The notes: generated from the sequence alone by a model not told the origin. 64,000 nucleotides of DNA from Candidatus Bathyarchaeota archaeon (GCA_963771885.1 CAVYVF010000002.1:416001-480000); one strand, 5' to 3'; positions 49,897 to 60,337 are shown, numbered from the stretch's first letter. A program made the numbers and translations.

Positions 49897-51050
49897 TCGT
49901 AGACAAACTTGCCGTAGGGAGACTTTAGTTCTAGTGCGTTGGCGCCTCTCGACTCCTCGCACCGGCCTATGACCTGAGCACCAAGTCCGAACCGTTCTAC
50001 GGCGCTTAGAACATCGTCGACGCAGCCTGGGGCTACGACGAACTCGAAGCCGATGCCCATGTTAAAGTCTTGGTACATCTCCCTCCACTCGACGCCCGAT
50101 TCCTTTTGTATGAGGTGGAAGATTGGGTCGGGTTCAGGGAGGCTGTCCTTAACGTACTTGATGTTCTTACCGACGCGTAGGCACTTCGTCTGCCCGCCAC
50201 CCGTGTTGTGGATCATCCCGTGGGCTGCTCTGTCGACCTTTCTCAGAACGGCGGCTGCGACGGGGGAGAAGAGCCTCGTGGGGGAAAGAAGAGCTTCCCC
50301 GACAGTCGCGTCCAACTCCTCCGGCTCATCATCGAGCCCGAACCGGCCAGTGTACCTGCCACGAGCCGGGTGGGAGATCTCGGGGTACTTCTCTAGGTAC
50401 TTCGGCGAGAGTAGGCAGGTCCTCGCGAGGGTGTGCCCGTTGCTCATAATGCCGCTGTTGTAGGTTCTCTCGAACCTGCAGGGTCCACCGCTTTGGAGCC
50501 CGACGATAATGTCGCCCGGCTTCACGGCTTCACCCGATACGACGTCGCTCAACTTGATGCGTCCATAGGCTGTGACGCAGACGTCCAGCGTCCTGAGAAG
50601 GTCGGGGAGGTCTGCCGTCTCGCCCCCGGCGAAGGCGACCGGGGAACCCTCACGCTCAAGCGTTTCCTTGCAGTCGGCGAAGCCGTCTGCGAGGGCGCTG
50701 AGCATAGCAACCCTGTCGATGTTCAGTGGGTTGTATGCGACGTAGTCGACGAAGCTGACTGGGGTGGCGCCGACGCAGAGTACGTCGTTAATGTTCATCG
50801 CTAGGGCGTCCTGTGCCAGCCCGTGGAACCACTTCGCGTCTCCCGTCTCCTTGTACATGATGTACGCCTGAATTGGTTTGCTGCCCGCTGAGTCTGTGTG
50901 CAATACCAGTCCAATTGAGGCGTCGATTGGGTCACGCTGTATTACGCAGAAAGCGCCGGGATACAGGTTCTCTATAGCGCCTTTGAACTTCTCAATCCCC
51001 GGCTTCCTGACGTCAACGCCGAGTTCCCTATAGCGTGACCCCATGACCAA
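49893..51050 (-). CDS. purM: Phosphoribosylformylglycinamidine cyclo-ligase (AIR synthase)
   Basis: YRELGVD, DSAGSK, AMNINDVLCVGA, GGETAD, SNGHTLAR, HNTGGG, FNMGIG. Confidence 0.85.
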   Translation of the reverse strand: MVMGSRYRELGVDVRKPGIEKFKGAIENLYPGAFCVIQRDPIDASIGLVLHTDSAGSKPIQAYIMYKETGDAKWFHGLAQDALAMNINDVLCVGATPVSFVDYVAYNPLNIDRVAMLSALADGFADCKETLEREGSPVAFAGGETADLPDLLRTLDVCVTAYGRIKLSDVVSGEAVKPGDIIVGLQSGGPCRFERTYNSGIMSNGHTLARTCLLSPKYLEKYPEISHPARGRYTGRFGLDDEPEELDATVGEALLSPTRLFSPVAAAVLRKVDRAAHGMIHNTGGGQTKCLRVGKNIKYVKDSLPEPDPIFHLIQKESGVEWREMYQDFNMGIGFEFVVAPGCVDDVLSAVERFGLGAQVIGRCEESRGANALELKSPYGKFVYD

Positions 51051-51087
51051 TCAACGGGGTAAAATGAGGCTTGACCGTTATAAGTGG

Positions 51088-51576
51088 TTAGGGCTCAAGA
51101 GGGACGTCCATACTCTCCTTAACTGGGTCGAAAACCATGATGGTAAGGGTCTTCGATATGCCTGGCACAGTCCTTAGCTTGTCCACGACGAACCTGCCCA
51201 CCGCGTTTACATCCTTCTCCTTGACCTTGATGAGAAAGTCCCAGTCACCGGTGATTATGTGTACCTCCTGCACTTCGGGGTACTTGCCGACGATCTTGGC
51301 GACCTCCCTCTGGTTGAGGTCCTTATCCGCCCCGGGGGGCCTGTATGTGAAGCTGACGAAGATGAATGCCGTTGTGGGGCGCCCCAGCTTCCCGGCGTCG
51401 AGTATCGGCTTATAGCCGCGTATCACGCCTGTATCCTCGAGCCTCTTTATTCGGCTGTAGACCGTCGTGATCGGCGACTCTATCCTTATGCTGATGTCCT
51501 TCGCCGACATCTTCGCGTCCTCCATCAATAGTCCGAGTATATCACGGTCCTTCTCATCCAGGGTGACAGTTGACAT
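51088..51576 (-). CDS. Lrp/AsnC transcriptional regulator
   Basis: LDEKDRDIL, RIKRLEDTGVIRGY, ITGDWD. Confidence 0.92.
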   Translation of the reverse strand: MSTVTLDEKDRDILGLLMEDAKMSAKDISIRIESPITTVYSRIKRLEDTGVIRGYKPILDAGKLGRPTTAFIFVSFTYRPPGADKDLNQREVAKIVGKYPEVQEVHIITGDWDFLIKVKEKDVNAVGRFVVDKLRTVPGISKTLTIMVFDPVKESMDVPLEP

Positions 51577-51887
51577 GGAAAAAATACAGTGTTGAAACAC
51601 TATTTAAGAACTTTTTATACTGCCTAACCGAAAATCCCGTAAAGCTCCTAGGGGTTGACGAAGTAGACCTTGATCACGGACTCCTCGTATGACAACGAGA
51701 AAGTTGGGTGAGATGCATTTTACCTCTGAGAAGACGACCTCGGTATCCGCACTAGTCGTTCTGTGGTTGGTTAGCCACTTTAAACATTCCAACGAAATCA
51801 ACCAGCTCGTGTGCGAAAAACAGATCCTGAAAAGGATGAAGATCACGTACCAACAGAAAATATTGAATATTAAACCAAGTTGGAGAA

Positions 51888-52262
51888 TTAGAGGAGGCTC
51901 TTGAGTCCGGGGTCAGTCTTCTCGAGCTTCCTGCAGTTGTCGATCGTCTCGAACGCCCGCCTTATGTGGGGAACGGTGATCGAGCCGCCGACTATAACGC
52001 ACACATTAAGCGCGTCGTAGAGCTCCTTATCGGTTGTGCCGAGCTGTAAGAGGCGGACAAGATGGTAGGTAACGCAGTCGTCGCAACGTAGAACCATGCT
52101 CGTTGTTAATCCGAGAAGCTCAAGCGTCTTCTCGTCGAGCGCTCCCTCCTCGTATGCCCTGCTGTCGAGCGCCCAGAAACGCTTGAGGCCTAGGTGCCCG
52201 CAGTTGAGTATGCGCTCGTTCATCTCCTTCCTGAACTCGTTGTACTCCTGTAGGTTCTTCAT
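51888..52262 (-). CDS. Carboxymuconolactone decarboxylase/AhpD-like protein
   Basis: GALDEKTLEL...VLRCDDCVTYH...VGGS. Confidence 0.85.
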   Translation of the reverse strand: MKNLQEYNEFRKEMNERILNCGHLGLKRFWALDSRAYEEGALDEKTLELLGLTTSMVLRCDDCVTYHLVRLLQLGTTDKELYDALNVCVIVGGSITVPHIRRAFETIDNCRKLEKTDPGLKSLL

Positions 52263-52344
52263 AGGCGTGGTTTTCTCCTAGCGAGGCTAAAAACCCTGCC
52301 ACTTAGGGTGAAGGTTTTATTCCGCCTCACGCCTTTGCTTCGCC

Positions 52345-53115
52345 GTGAATACAATAGCCGAGGGCGACGACGTCCTCCTCTACCTCGATAGGGAACGTAC
52401 CTACCAGCTCAGGGTCAAGGCTGGGGAACAGTTCCACACCCATAAAGGCTTCATCGTCCTCGATGACCTCATCGGCAAGCCCTTCGGCTCAACCGTCGTC
52501 AGTAGCCTCGGCATCAGCTTCTACGCGATACGCCCACTAATCAGGGATAGAGTACTAAAGACGGATAGACGGACACAGGTCCTCTATCCAAAAGATATCG
52601 GCTACATACTCTACCAGCTTGGGATAGGCAACGGATCGACGGTGGTTGAGGCGGGGACGGGCAGTGGTGCGCTCACCATGTCTCTAGCGAACGCGGTCTG
52701 GCCCGAGGGTAAGGTCTACACATACGAGATCGACGCGAGGAGCCAGAAGATCGCTGCGGGCAATATCGACAGGTCGGGTCTACGCCCCGTCGTGGAGATG
52801 AAACTCGGCGACATAACACAGGGGATCGAGGAGAGCGGAGTTGACGCCGTGTCACTTGACTTAGCGACTCCGTGGCTTGTCATCGACCACGCATGGAACG
52901 CCCTCGCGGGGAGCGGCGTCTTCCTCAGCTTTAGCCCGACGATAGAGCAGGTGATGAAGACTACTTACGCCCTTGAGGCGAAGCCCTTCATAGAGGTTGA
53001 GACCGTGGAGCTCATCATGCGCCGAATAACCGTAGCGGAGAACAAGACTCGCCCCGAGACACTAATGATAGGGCACAGTGGCTATCTCACCACTGCGCGC
53101 AAGATTATTCCCTAG
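52345..53115 (+). CDS. trmI: tRNA (adenine-57/58-N1)-methyltransferase
   Basis: RRTQVLYPKD, EAGTGSGALT, LDLATPW, FSPTIEQV, GHSGYL. Confidence 0.93.
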   Translation: MNTIAEGDDVLLYLDRERTYQLRVKAGEQFHTHKGFIVLDDLIGKPFGSTVVSSLGISFYAIRPLIRDRVLKTDRRTQVLYPKDIGYILYQLGIGNGSTVVEAGTGSGALTMSLANAVWPEGKVYTYEIDARSQKIAAGNIDRSGLRPVVEMKLGDITQGIEESGVDAVSLDLATPWLVIDHAWNALAGSGVFLSFSPTIEQVMKTTYALEAKPFIEVETVELIMRRITVAENKTRPETLMIGHSGYLTTARKIIP

Positions 53116-53150
53116 TTAATTTATCTATCCCCTTGAAGTTCTTCTGATTC

Positions 53151-54159
53151 ATGGAGCTAGTCAAGCCGAGGCGCCTATCTGTCGGAGCCAGGGTGCGAGT
53201 CATCGCACCAGCTAGTAGCATGGACATCCTCGACACAGGCGCCGTCAAGAGGGGCGTAGAGAACCTGGAGAAGATCGGGCTTAGGGTCGAGATAAGTCCT
53301 CACGCGACGCGTCGGCATGGTCATGCCTCTGGGAACTCCTGAGGAGAGGGCAGCCAGTCTCATGAGCGCCTTCAAAGACAAGAGCATCGAGGGAATAATC
53401 TGCGCCTGGGGAGGCTGGAACTCAAGCGACGTCATAGACCTCCTCGACTACCCGGTTATACGAAGTAATCCCAAGGTCTTCATCGGCTACAGCGACATAA
53501 CCACCCTTAACGTCGCCCTGCTCGAGAAGGCTGGGCTCGTCAATTTCCAGGGGCCTGCTCTTATCACGTGGACGCACCAACACCTCATGGACTGGGAGGT
53601 CGAGGACTTCAAGAGGGCGACGATGACTACTGCCGTCCCACGCATACTCGAGGCAGCACCCACCTACATCGACGACCCATACTACTGGCAGCACCCAGAG
53701 AAGGCGCCTCAACCAGTCGCCAACCCCGGCTGGAAGACTTATAGGGATGGTATAGTCGAGGGGACGCTCATCGGCGGGCACCTCGGCACGCTGCTCTCCC
53801 TCGCGGGCACAGATTACTGGCCGGAGCTAGAGGGAAGGATACTCTTCATCGAGGAGGATGAGGAGGGAGGCCCGACGGGCAGGATAGCGCGCGAGATGAG
53901 GCAGTTAAAGCAGACAGGCGCCTTCGGTGAGATCGCGGGGCTTATGGTTGGGAGGATCCCCACCGTGGCTGGTCTGAAGGAGGGCGACTCGCTGGATATG
54001 ATCCTGGATGAGTGCCTTGGGGGGTATGAGTTCCCGGTCGTGACTGGGGTGGATGTGGGTCACACAAATCCGATAGCCAGTGTCCCGGTAGGTATACGAG
54101 CGAGACTGGACGCTTTGGATAAGAAGTTAACCTACCTCGAGTCCGGGGTTGAGGATTAA
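53151..54159 (+). CDS. S66 LD-carboxypeptidase/MccF family (frameshift near 53332)
   Basis: VIAPAS, GYSDIT, LFIEE, GHT catalytic motifs across two ORFs. Confidence 0.85.
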
Positions 54160-54471
54160 TACATTCTCAATAATTTGAGACAATCCGATCTATATTGGGT
54201 TATTCTTATTTCTTGAGAGAATAACCTTTTACGTTGATACAATTATAGTTAAAAGGTGCCGTAGCCGCGGGCAACGGGCTTCCAAGGAACAGTAAGGCTG
54301 CGCTCTCTACTTGCCCAAGGGGGAGGCCGCCCCAACGGTAACGCGGAACGACGTTTGACGCGGCGCGGCTCCTTACTTCTAAAGCCCCGATGACATACGG
54401 ATAAAACCCCCACCCCGCATACTAATGGCGATAACGCGCAATACAGTTGCGTGTTAGAAACCATTGTTGAC

Positions 54472-54529
54472 TGTGATCAGTTAAAAATAGGGGATTCTAC
54501 AATAAGCCTCTGACGGTTCATCATAACGA
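54472..54529 (-). ncRNA. C/D-box guide sRNA (candidate)
   Basis: Reverse complement ATGATGA(C)-ACCGTCAGAGG-CTTA(D')-TTGTAGA(C')-ATCCCCTATTTTTAA-CTGA(D); perfect C and D boxes 48 nt end to end. Confidence 0.6.
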
Positions 54530-54707
54530 CACCTAACACGAAACAATGAGGGGTCTCCACTGGTTCAGTTTCAAGTGGGAAGCAAACAGTGTACGATGGA
54601 TTGGTAACACAGAATCTATATAGGTACGAGAATATGCTAGCCAAAAAAAATCTGCGGTCGATAAGATAAATCTAAATCACACTCGCAACCAACGATTATC
54701 GACAGCA

Positions 54708-55796
54708 TTGTTCGACAAAGAATCCATGAAGCTCATGAAGGAGATGATGGAGGCCTTCGGTCCAAGCGGCTTCGAGAGAGAGGTTAACAAATTATTCAAG
54801 AAGCACATGACACCCTACGCGGACGAGGTCATACAGGATAAGCTCGGCTCGGTCGGCTTCGTCGCAAAGGGCACGAGTGACCGCCCACGCGTCCTCGTCA
54901 CGGGGCACACCGATGAGGTCGGCTTCATAATCTCGAGCCTTACCGATGAGGGCTACCTGACTTTCAACCAGCTCGGCGGCTGGTTCGACCAGGTGCTCCT
55001 CGGGCAGCGCGTCGTCATCAGAGGCAGCAAGGGCGACGTTCATGGCATCATCGCGAGCAAGCCGCCCCACGTCCTCTCTGAGGAGGAGAGGAAGAAGGTC
55101 GTTGAGAAGAAGGATATGTTCATCGACGTCGGTGCCACGAGTAGGCAGGAGGCGGAGGAGTGCGGGCTCAAGGTTGGCGATCCCGTCGTCCCGTACAGTA
55201 TGTTTGAGGTTATTCAGAATGGCAAGGTCGCGATGGGCAAGGCGTTCGACGACCGCATTGGCGCCTTCGTCTTCGCTGAGGCTATGAAGAGGATGAAGAA
55301 GCAGAAGATGACGCACCCTAACACCCTATACGGTGTAGCCACCGTCCAGGAGGAGGTGGGACTCAGGGGCGCACAGACCATAGCGCACGTCGTTGACCCA
55401 GACGTCGCCATAATCCTCGAGGTCGATATCGCCGGCGACGTTCCCGGAATAAAGCCGCAGGATGCGCAGGCCAAGATGGGGAAGGGTCCGAGCATGCTCA
55501 CCTTCGACGCGGGCATGATCCCGAACCAGCCGCTGAAGGAGTTTGTGATCGAGGTGGCGAGGCAGAGCCAGATCCCACTCCAGCTAAGCCAGATGAAGGG
55601 CGGCAGAACGGACGGCGCCCCCATACACATGAGCAGGGCGGGCTGCCCCACCGTCGTCATAAGCGTCCCCACGCGCCACATACACAGCCACAGCGGGATG
55701 CTCAGCCTCAAGGACACCGAGAACACGGTTAGGCTCGTCATGGAGCTCGTCAAGAGGCTTGACGCGAAGACCGTCGAGGGATTCACCGCCCTCTAG
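54708..55796 (+). CDS. M42-family (TET) aminopeptidase
   Basis: GPSGFE, GHTDEVG, KAFDDR, QEEVGLRGA, TD, RHIHS. Confidence 0.93.
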   Translation: MFDKESMKLMKEMMEAFGPSGFEREVNKLFKKHMTPYADEVIQDKLGSVGFVAKGTSDRPRVLVTGHTDEVGFIISSLTDEGYLTFNQLGGWFDQVLLGQRVVIRGSKGDVHGIIASKPPHVLSEEERKKVVEKKDMFIDVGATSRQEAEECGLKVGDPVVPYSMFEVIQNGKVAMGKAFDDRIGAFVFAEAMKRMKKQKMTHPNTLYGVATVQEEVGLRGAQTIAHVVDPDVAIILEVDIAGDVPGIKPQDAQAKMGKGPSMLTFDAGMIPNQPLKEFVIEVARQSQIPLQLSQMKGGRTDGAPIHMSRAGCPTVVISVPTRHIHSHSGMLSLKDTENTVRLVMELVKRLDAKTVEGFTAL

Positions 55797-55837
55797 GGCG
55801 GAAACCTGATACCCAGCTCACGAATATCTATCCCTCG

Positions 55838-56632
55838 ATGGGCGAGATCACCGTAAGGGATGTAACCGAAGCAAACATCGAGGACGTTTTCCGGGTTTGC
55901 AGCCACTCCATGCTCGACGACCCACTCCAGAAGGAGGGCATCGAGATTCGCCGTCACTGGATACGCGAAATGCTAAGGGAGTACGGAAGCTGCGTGAAGA
56001 TTGCCTACCTCGGTGAGAAGCCGGTCGCCCACCTCATGTTCTACCCCGAGGAGGCGGCGGAGTATCTCCCCGCCCCGCGCAGGGGAGTAGTCCTCCTCCG
56101 ATGCGTCTACAATCCCTTCGAGGAGGCGCGTGGGAAGGGCGCCTCGACGGCTCTCGTGAAGGATCTGATCGACGAGTGCAGGGGAGACCCACCGTACCTG
56201 AAGGGTGTGCCCTGCGACTTCATCGCCTCCGAGCCCTTCAACACCGGAGAGGGAACTCCTATGGAGAAGTTCTACGCATCAAACGGCTTTACGAGGAGAG
56301 GCGACGAGATGATCTACGAGTTGAAGGGCAGGTACGCCCCGCCTGTAAAACCCGTGTGGAACCCAGCCCACGCAAACAAGGACGCAGCCACGATCATCTA
56401 CAATCCTACATGTGAGTGGTCCTACGCCTCAGCCATCCGTGTGAGGGACGCGATTCAAAGTCTCTACCCGGACCTGTCCGTCTGGCTCATCGACCAGTGG
56501 CAGAAACCCGAGGTCTCACTCAGCCTCGCCAACAAGTGGCTGATAGTAAAAGGTACACCCATCGTGAGCGGGCTCAGGGACAGGGAGGCCTTCGACCGCG
56601 AGGTCAGGCTGGCGGTCGAAGGCAGGTTATGA
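55838..56632 (+). CDS. GNAT acetyltransferase with a YoaP-like C-terminus
   Basis: RGKGASTALV acetyl-CoA motif, FYASNGF, YNPTCEW. Confidence 0.7.
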   Translation: MGEITVRDVTEANIEDVFRVCSHSMLDDPLQKEGIEIRRHWIREMLREYGSCVKIAYLGEKPVAHLMFYPEEAAEYLPAPRRGVVLLRCVYNPFEEARGKGASTALVKDLIDECRGDPPYLKGVPCDFIASEPFNTGEGTPMEKFYASNGFTRRGDEMIYELKGRYAPPVKPVWNPAHANKDAATIIYNPTCEWSYASAIRVRDAIQSLYPDLSVWLIDQWQKPEVSLSLANKWLIVKGTPIVSGLRDREAFDREVRLAVEGRL

Positions 56633-57246
56633 GGGGCGCCATCTTCGACCTCGGCGGCGTCGCCGTAGAGTGGAGCAACGAGACCACATACAGGCACATC
56701 CAAGAAAGGTACGGGATACCCGCCGAGGATTTCAGACGCGAAGCCGAGAAGCACATGCCCAACGTCCAGACGGGGGACGAATCAGAGGAGCACTGGATGA
56801 CTGATATCTTCCACCACTTCGGTTTCCAAGGCTCAAGCGACGTCTGGGGCAAGACATTCGAGGCGGCGCGTTACAACGAGAAAGTCATTGATATCGTTCA
56901 GAGGCTGCGGAGAAACGGCTACCGCGTCGCGGCGCTCTCGAACCTGGAGCCTTCTAGGGCACGCTGGCTAAGGAGTCACGAAATAGACGCTCTGTTTGAC
57001 CACGTCATCTTCTCCTGCGAAGTAGGCATGCGGAAGCCCGATCTCCAGCCTGGGGGAAGACAGGATCTGAAGATTTACACATTGACACTTCAACGACTTG
57101 GACTCAAAGCCTGCGATTGTGCATTCATCGACGATAACGTCAACTGCGTCAACGCCGCGGAGTCCGCGGGCATGAGTGGGATCAGGTTCATAGATGCGCC
57201 TCGGCTCGATGCGGAGCTAAGGAGCCTGGGATTCAAAACGGACTAG
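56629..57246 (+). CDS. HAD-family phosphatase
   Basis: FDLGGV, LSN, RKPD, FIDD. Confidence 0.88.
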   Translation: MRGAIFDLGGVAVEWSNETTYRHIQERYGIPAEDFRREAEKHMPNVQTGDESEEHWMTDIFHHFGFQGSSDVWGKTFEAARYNEKVIDIVQRLRRNGYRVAALSNLEPSRARWLRSHEIDALFDHVIFSCEVGMRKPDLQPGGRQDLKIYTLTLQRLGLKACDCAFIDDNVNCVNAAESAGMSGIRFIDAPRLDAELRSLGFKTD

Positions 57247-57671
57247 ATTATGGGGAAGGACCACCGCAGAACGTCCTTGACAGACTTGTTCACGTAGTCC
57301 CCGCACCTCTGGGCGATATTCGTCGCGGTGATCACACCGTAGATGACGCCCTGCTTGACGACCGGTACTCTCTTGATCCCCTTTGCCTGCATAAGCTCGG
57401 ACGCCTTCAACAAGTCTTCGTCGGGGTCGATGGTAATCAGGGGTGTGGACGCGATCTGTTTTAATTCCACTCTCTTGGGGTCCTTCTCGGCGGCAAGGAT
57501 CTTTGTGACGAGGTCAAGCTCTGTGACTATGCCGTAGGGTTTGCCCTTTTCCAGCACGATGACGTAGCCCTTATTCTTGGCTACTAGTAGCTTCGCTGCG
57601 TCGACAACCGACGCCTCGATTTCCAGAGTCGGGAACTCCTTGTCCATGTAGTCCTTTACATAGTATGACAT
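57243..57671 (-). CDS. CBS-domain pair protein
   Basis: VKDYM, GIVTELD, IKRVPVV, GVIT. Confidence 0.9.
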   Translation of the reverse strand: MSYYVKDYMDKEFPTLEIEASVVDAAKLLVAKNKGYVIVLEKGKPYGIVTELDLVTKILAAEKDPKRVELKQIASTPLITIDPDEDLLKASELMQAKGIKRVPVVKQGVIYGVITATNIAQRCGDYVNKSVKDVLRWSFPII

Positions 57672-57719
57672 TGTCTCTTGTTCTAGGTAGAAGCCGGCGT
57701 ATTTATAGTAAAGTTAGTG

Positions 57720-57804
57720 TGGCGCCGGGGATGGGATTTGAACCCATGTGAGCAAGCTCACGGACTTAGCAGGCCCGCTCCCTACCAGGCTAGGAGACCC
57801 CAGC
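57720..57804 (-). tRNA. tRNA-Ser(GCT), CCA encoded
   Basis: Reverse complement GCTGGGGTCTCCTAGCCTGGTAGGGAG-CGGGC-CTGCTAA-GTCCG, long variable arm, ATGGGTTCAAATCCCAT-CCCCGGC-GCCA. Confidence 0.95.
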
Positions 57805-57877
57805 GCGCGTCCCCCGTCGGGGTACGCTTTCATAGCAACTCAGCCAGCCATTTTAAGGCTTTCCCAGAACGGGGCGG

Positions 57878-58594
57878 CTATTTTTTCAACGTGGCGTCGG
57901 GCTGGGGTTTGAGCCTCTTGACGCTGCCCCTGCCGCCGACGTAAGCGAGGTGGGCGTAGCCGAGGAACATCCCGGTCTCGATGACTCCGGGGATAGCGTG
58001 GAGCTCGCGGTTCAACCACCAGGGGTCGGCTATCGGGCCGAAGTCTGCGTCGATTATGTAGTTGCCGTTGTCGGTGACGAGGGGGCCGAGCTTACCCGAG
58101 CTAAGTCTCAGGCTCACCTTCGCGCCTAGCTTTTCAACTCCCTTAAGGGCAGGTGTGACTCCGAAGGGGTGAATCTCTATCGGTACAACCTTGCCGTTGC
58201 CGAGGACGTCGGTGAGTTTGGAGTCGTCGGCGATGAGTATGTACTCCTTGCACGCGGCGGCGACAATCTTCTCTCTCATCAGGGCGCCGCCTCCACCCTT
58301 TATCGCGTTGAGCTTCACGTCGAGCTGGTCTGCGCCGTCTATGCCGAGATCGAGCTGCGGGTGCTCATCGAGCGATGTGAGTGGTATCTTCGCTTTTATT
58401 GCCTCGAAGGCGGTTTGGATGCTCGTTGGTACGCAAAGGATATCGTATAACTCATCGGTGGCGATCAGCTCCCCTATGTATTTTATGGCGAAGGAGACGG
58501 TCGTCCCGCTCCCGAGCCCGAGCACCATGCCGTTCTCGATGTGCTTGACGGCCCTCATGGCTGCCTTCTTCTTCGATGCAGAGCCAGCGCTCAA
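57878..58594 (-). CDS. rpiA: Ribose-5-phosphate isomerase A
   Basis: GLGSGTT, DGAD, KGGGGALMREK, VTDNGN, PGVIETG. Confidence 0.95.
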   Translation of the reverse strand: MSAGSASKKKAAMRAVKHIENGMVLGLGSGTTVSFAIKYIGELIATDELYDILCVPTSIQTAFEAIKAKIPLTSLDEHPQLDLGIDGADQLDVKLNAIKGGGGALMREKIVAAACKEYILIADDSKLTDVLGNGKVVPIEIHPFGVTPALKGVEKLGAKVSLRLSSGKLGPLVTDNGNYIIDADFGPIADPWWLNRELHAIPGVIETGMFLGYAHLAYVGGRGSVKRLKPQPDATLKK

Positions 58595-58596
58595 GT

Positions 58597-59377
58597 TTAG
58601 TTCTCCAGTTCGAGCTTATCGAGCTCGTCTAGCTCCTTCATTACCTCTTTCTTAAGCTGTTCGAGTCTGCTCTCAACGTCGCCCTTAGCGGGCTGCTTCT
58701 CCTCGCCCTCCGCCTCGAGAGACTCCTCCTGCTCCTCCTCACCCTCCTCCGTCTTTGCCTTCGGCGCGACGACGCGCCTCTTCTTCGCGGCGGCGGGCAC
58801 CTTGGGGCGCTCCTCCTCCACCGGCTTCGAGGGCTCCTCAATCTTCAGTTCTTTAATTATAAGGTCGATGCGGCTCTGCGTCTGCCCCATGCTCTCCTCG
58901 AACTTCTTCACGATCTCCTCGCGTATCGACTCGAGTTCGGCGAGGCTGACGAGCATCTCGCTCCTCTTTAGATCGTCGGCGATCTGTTGTCATCTCGTCC
59001 TCGTAGACCTTGCCGAGTCGTACACGTTCCTCTCGGCTGATCTCGCCCTCGTCCTCAGCCTCGAAGAGGCGGCGGAGGACCATGCTGTTGATCTCTTGCT
59101 TTAATGTGAGGGTCCTGATCTGGCTCTTCGCCCTCTCGACGTCGCCGCTGGCGATCTTCTTGTCGATCGGCGGGACCTTGACCTTCCTCTCCGTCATTTG
59201 CAACTCGACTCGAAGCGGGTCCTGCTCCTTCGGGGGATCCTCGGAGGGCTTCTCTTCCTCCTTCTTCTTTGTGCCGCCCGAGGCGCGCCAGAACATGAAG
59301 ATGGCCACAGCCGCGACGGCAACGATGACAACTCCGAGAATTAGATCAGTTGAGAGGAGATCGCCCATTTCCTTCAC
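58597..59377 (-). CDS. Membrane-anchored coiled-coil protein (frameshift near 58988)
   Basis: N-terminal TM helix, then a charged coiled coil continuing into ORF 58597-58956. Confidence 0.6.
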
Positions 59378-59632
59378 CTACTGCAATATTTGACTAATAT
59401 ATTTAAGCCTGAACCCGGATCCGCTGTTTTTGTCTCTGGAAACGAGGATTAGGCGATGTTTTTCACTACGTTTCCTGAAACATGGTTTTCGTCGTCCCGA
59501 TTGTATATGAGGGGTTGACCATACTTCTCCACATTTTCCTCCAACGCCGTCTCCAGGTTCTTTTTTACATGCCTTAGGCTACGCGCACCCATTTTGTAAG
59601 ATTTATATGCGGAGGGGGGTGTGGCTATGGAC

Positions 59633-59718
59633 AGAGGGGAGCTGGGTTAAGGCCCGGCTGAGAGGACGGTAATCGTCGACCCTAGGAACCTGATCCGGGT
59701 AATGCCGGCGTAGGGAGG
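59633..59718 (+). promoter_or_regulatory. TPP riboswitch
   Basis: GGGG...GCTGAGA...GACCC...GAACCTGATCCGGGTAATGCCGGCGTAGGGA, the THI-box consensus; TTTATAT box about 25 nt upstream. Confidence 0.9.
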
Positions 59719-59769
59719 TGCGCGTTATCGTCAACCTGCCAAGCGGTTGACGCCTGCATCCCCTCTAGG

Positions 59770-60318
59770 ATGCAAAGAGAGATGGAATCAAGGTTCAAGA
59801 CAACGAGTGGTAAGTTGGCGCTTTTTGCCATAATGACCGCTGTCACAGTGGTCGCTAATTTAATCATGGTGCCGATGCCGCAGCCGCTGGCGCAGTACGA
59901 CGCCTCGCCCGTGCTCATCTACGCCCTCGGCGTCCTGCTTGACCCGCTCATGGCGGGCGCGACCATCGCCGCGGCGATGGGGATAGGTGTTAGCTACAAG
60001 ATGATTACGCTCGGGTTCCCGCCAGTCTTCGTCGTGGGGGCGATGCTAGTGAGGGGAATCGAGGCGATGCTCATCAGCTACCTTGTGCGTATGAGGAAGG
60101 GTGAGAACCCTAGGACGGTCAGCAGGTGGGAGATCGCCGCTATGTGCGTGGGATGCGTCTGGGAGACCGTCGGCTTCCTAAGTCTCGACTGGGTACTCTT
60201 CGGCCCTGGGCTGGCGCTGATAGACCTGGCGACGCTAGTCGACCTCATCTTTGTTCCCGTCGCTATCGTCGTCGTTGCCGGGGTGAGGAGCAGGCTAGGA
60301 ATTTATAGGCTAACCTAG
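59770..60318 (+). CDS. ECF transporter S component, TPP-regulated (thiamine or precursor)
   Basis: LALFAIMTA start, 5-6 TM helices, MLVRGIEA; downstream of a TPP riboswitch. Confidence 0.75.
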   Translation: MQREMESRFKTTSGKLALFAIMTAVTVVANLIMVPMPQPLAQYDASPVLIYALGVLLDPLMAGATIAAAMGIGVSYKMITLGFPPVFVVGAMLVRGIEAMLISYLVRMRKGENPRTVSRWEIAAMCVGCVWETVGFLSLDWVLFGPGLALIDLATLVDLIFVPVAIVVVAGVRSRLGIYRLT

Positions 60319-60337
60319 GAGTAATGAGGGAAAGCTG

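Noticed and set aside
51604..51887. AT-rich gap with short ORFs and scattered TGA motifs
   Set aside because: No convincing coding signal, box set or stable structure.
54291..54330. Twister-ribozyme-like TAAGGCTGC...CCCAAG
   Set aside because: The required P1, GAG element and pseudoknot partners are absent.
54548..54585. ORB-like sequences (reverse CCAGTGGAGAC; TTCAAGTGGGAA) suggesting a replication origin
   Set aside because: Degenerate, no G-string, and no orc1/cdc6 gene in the window.
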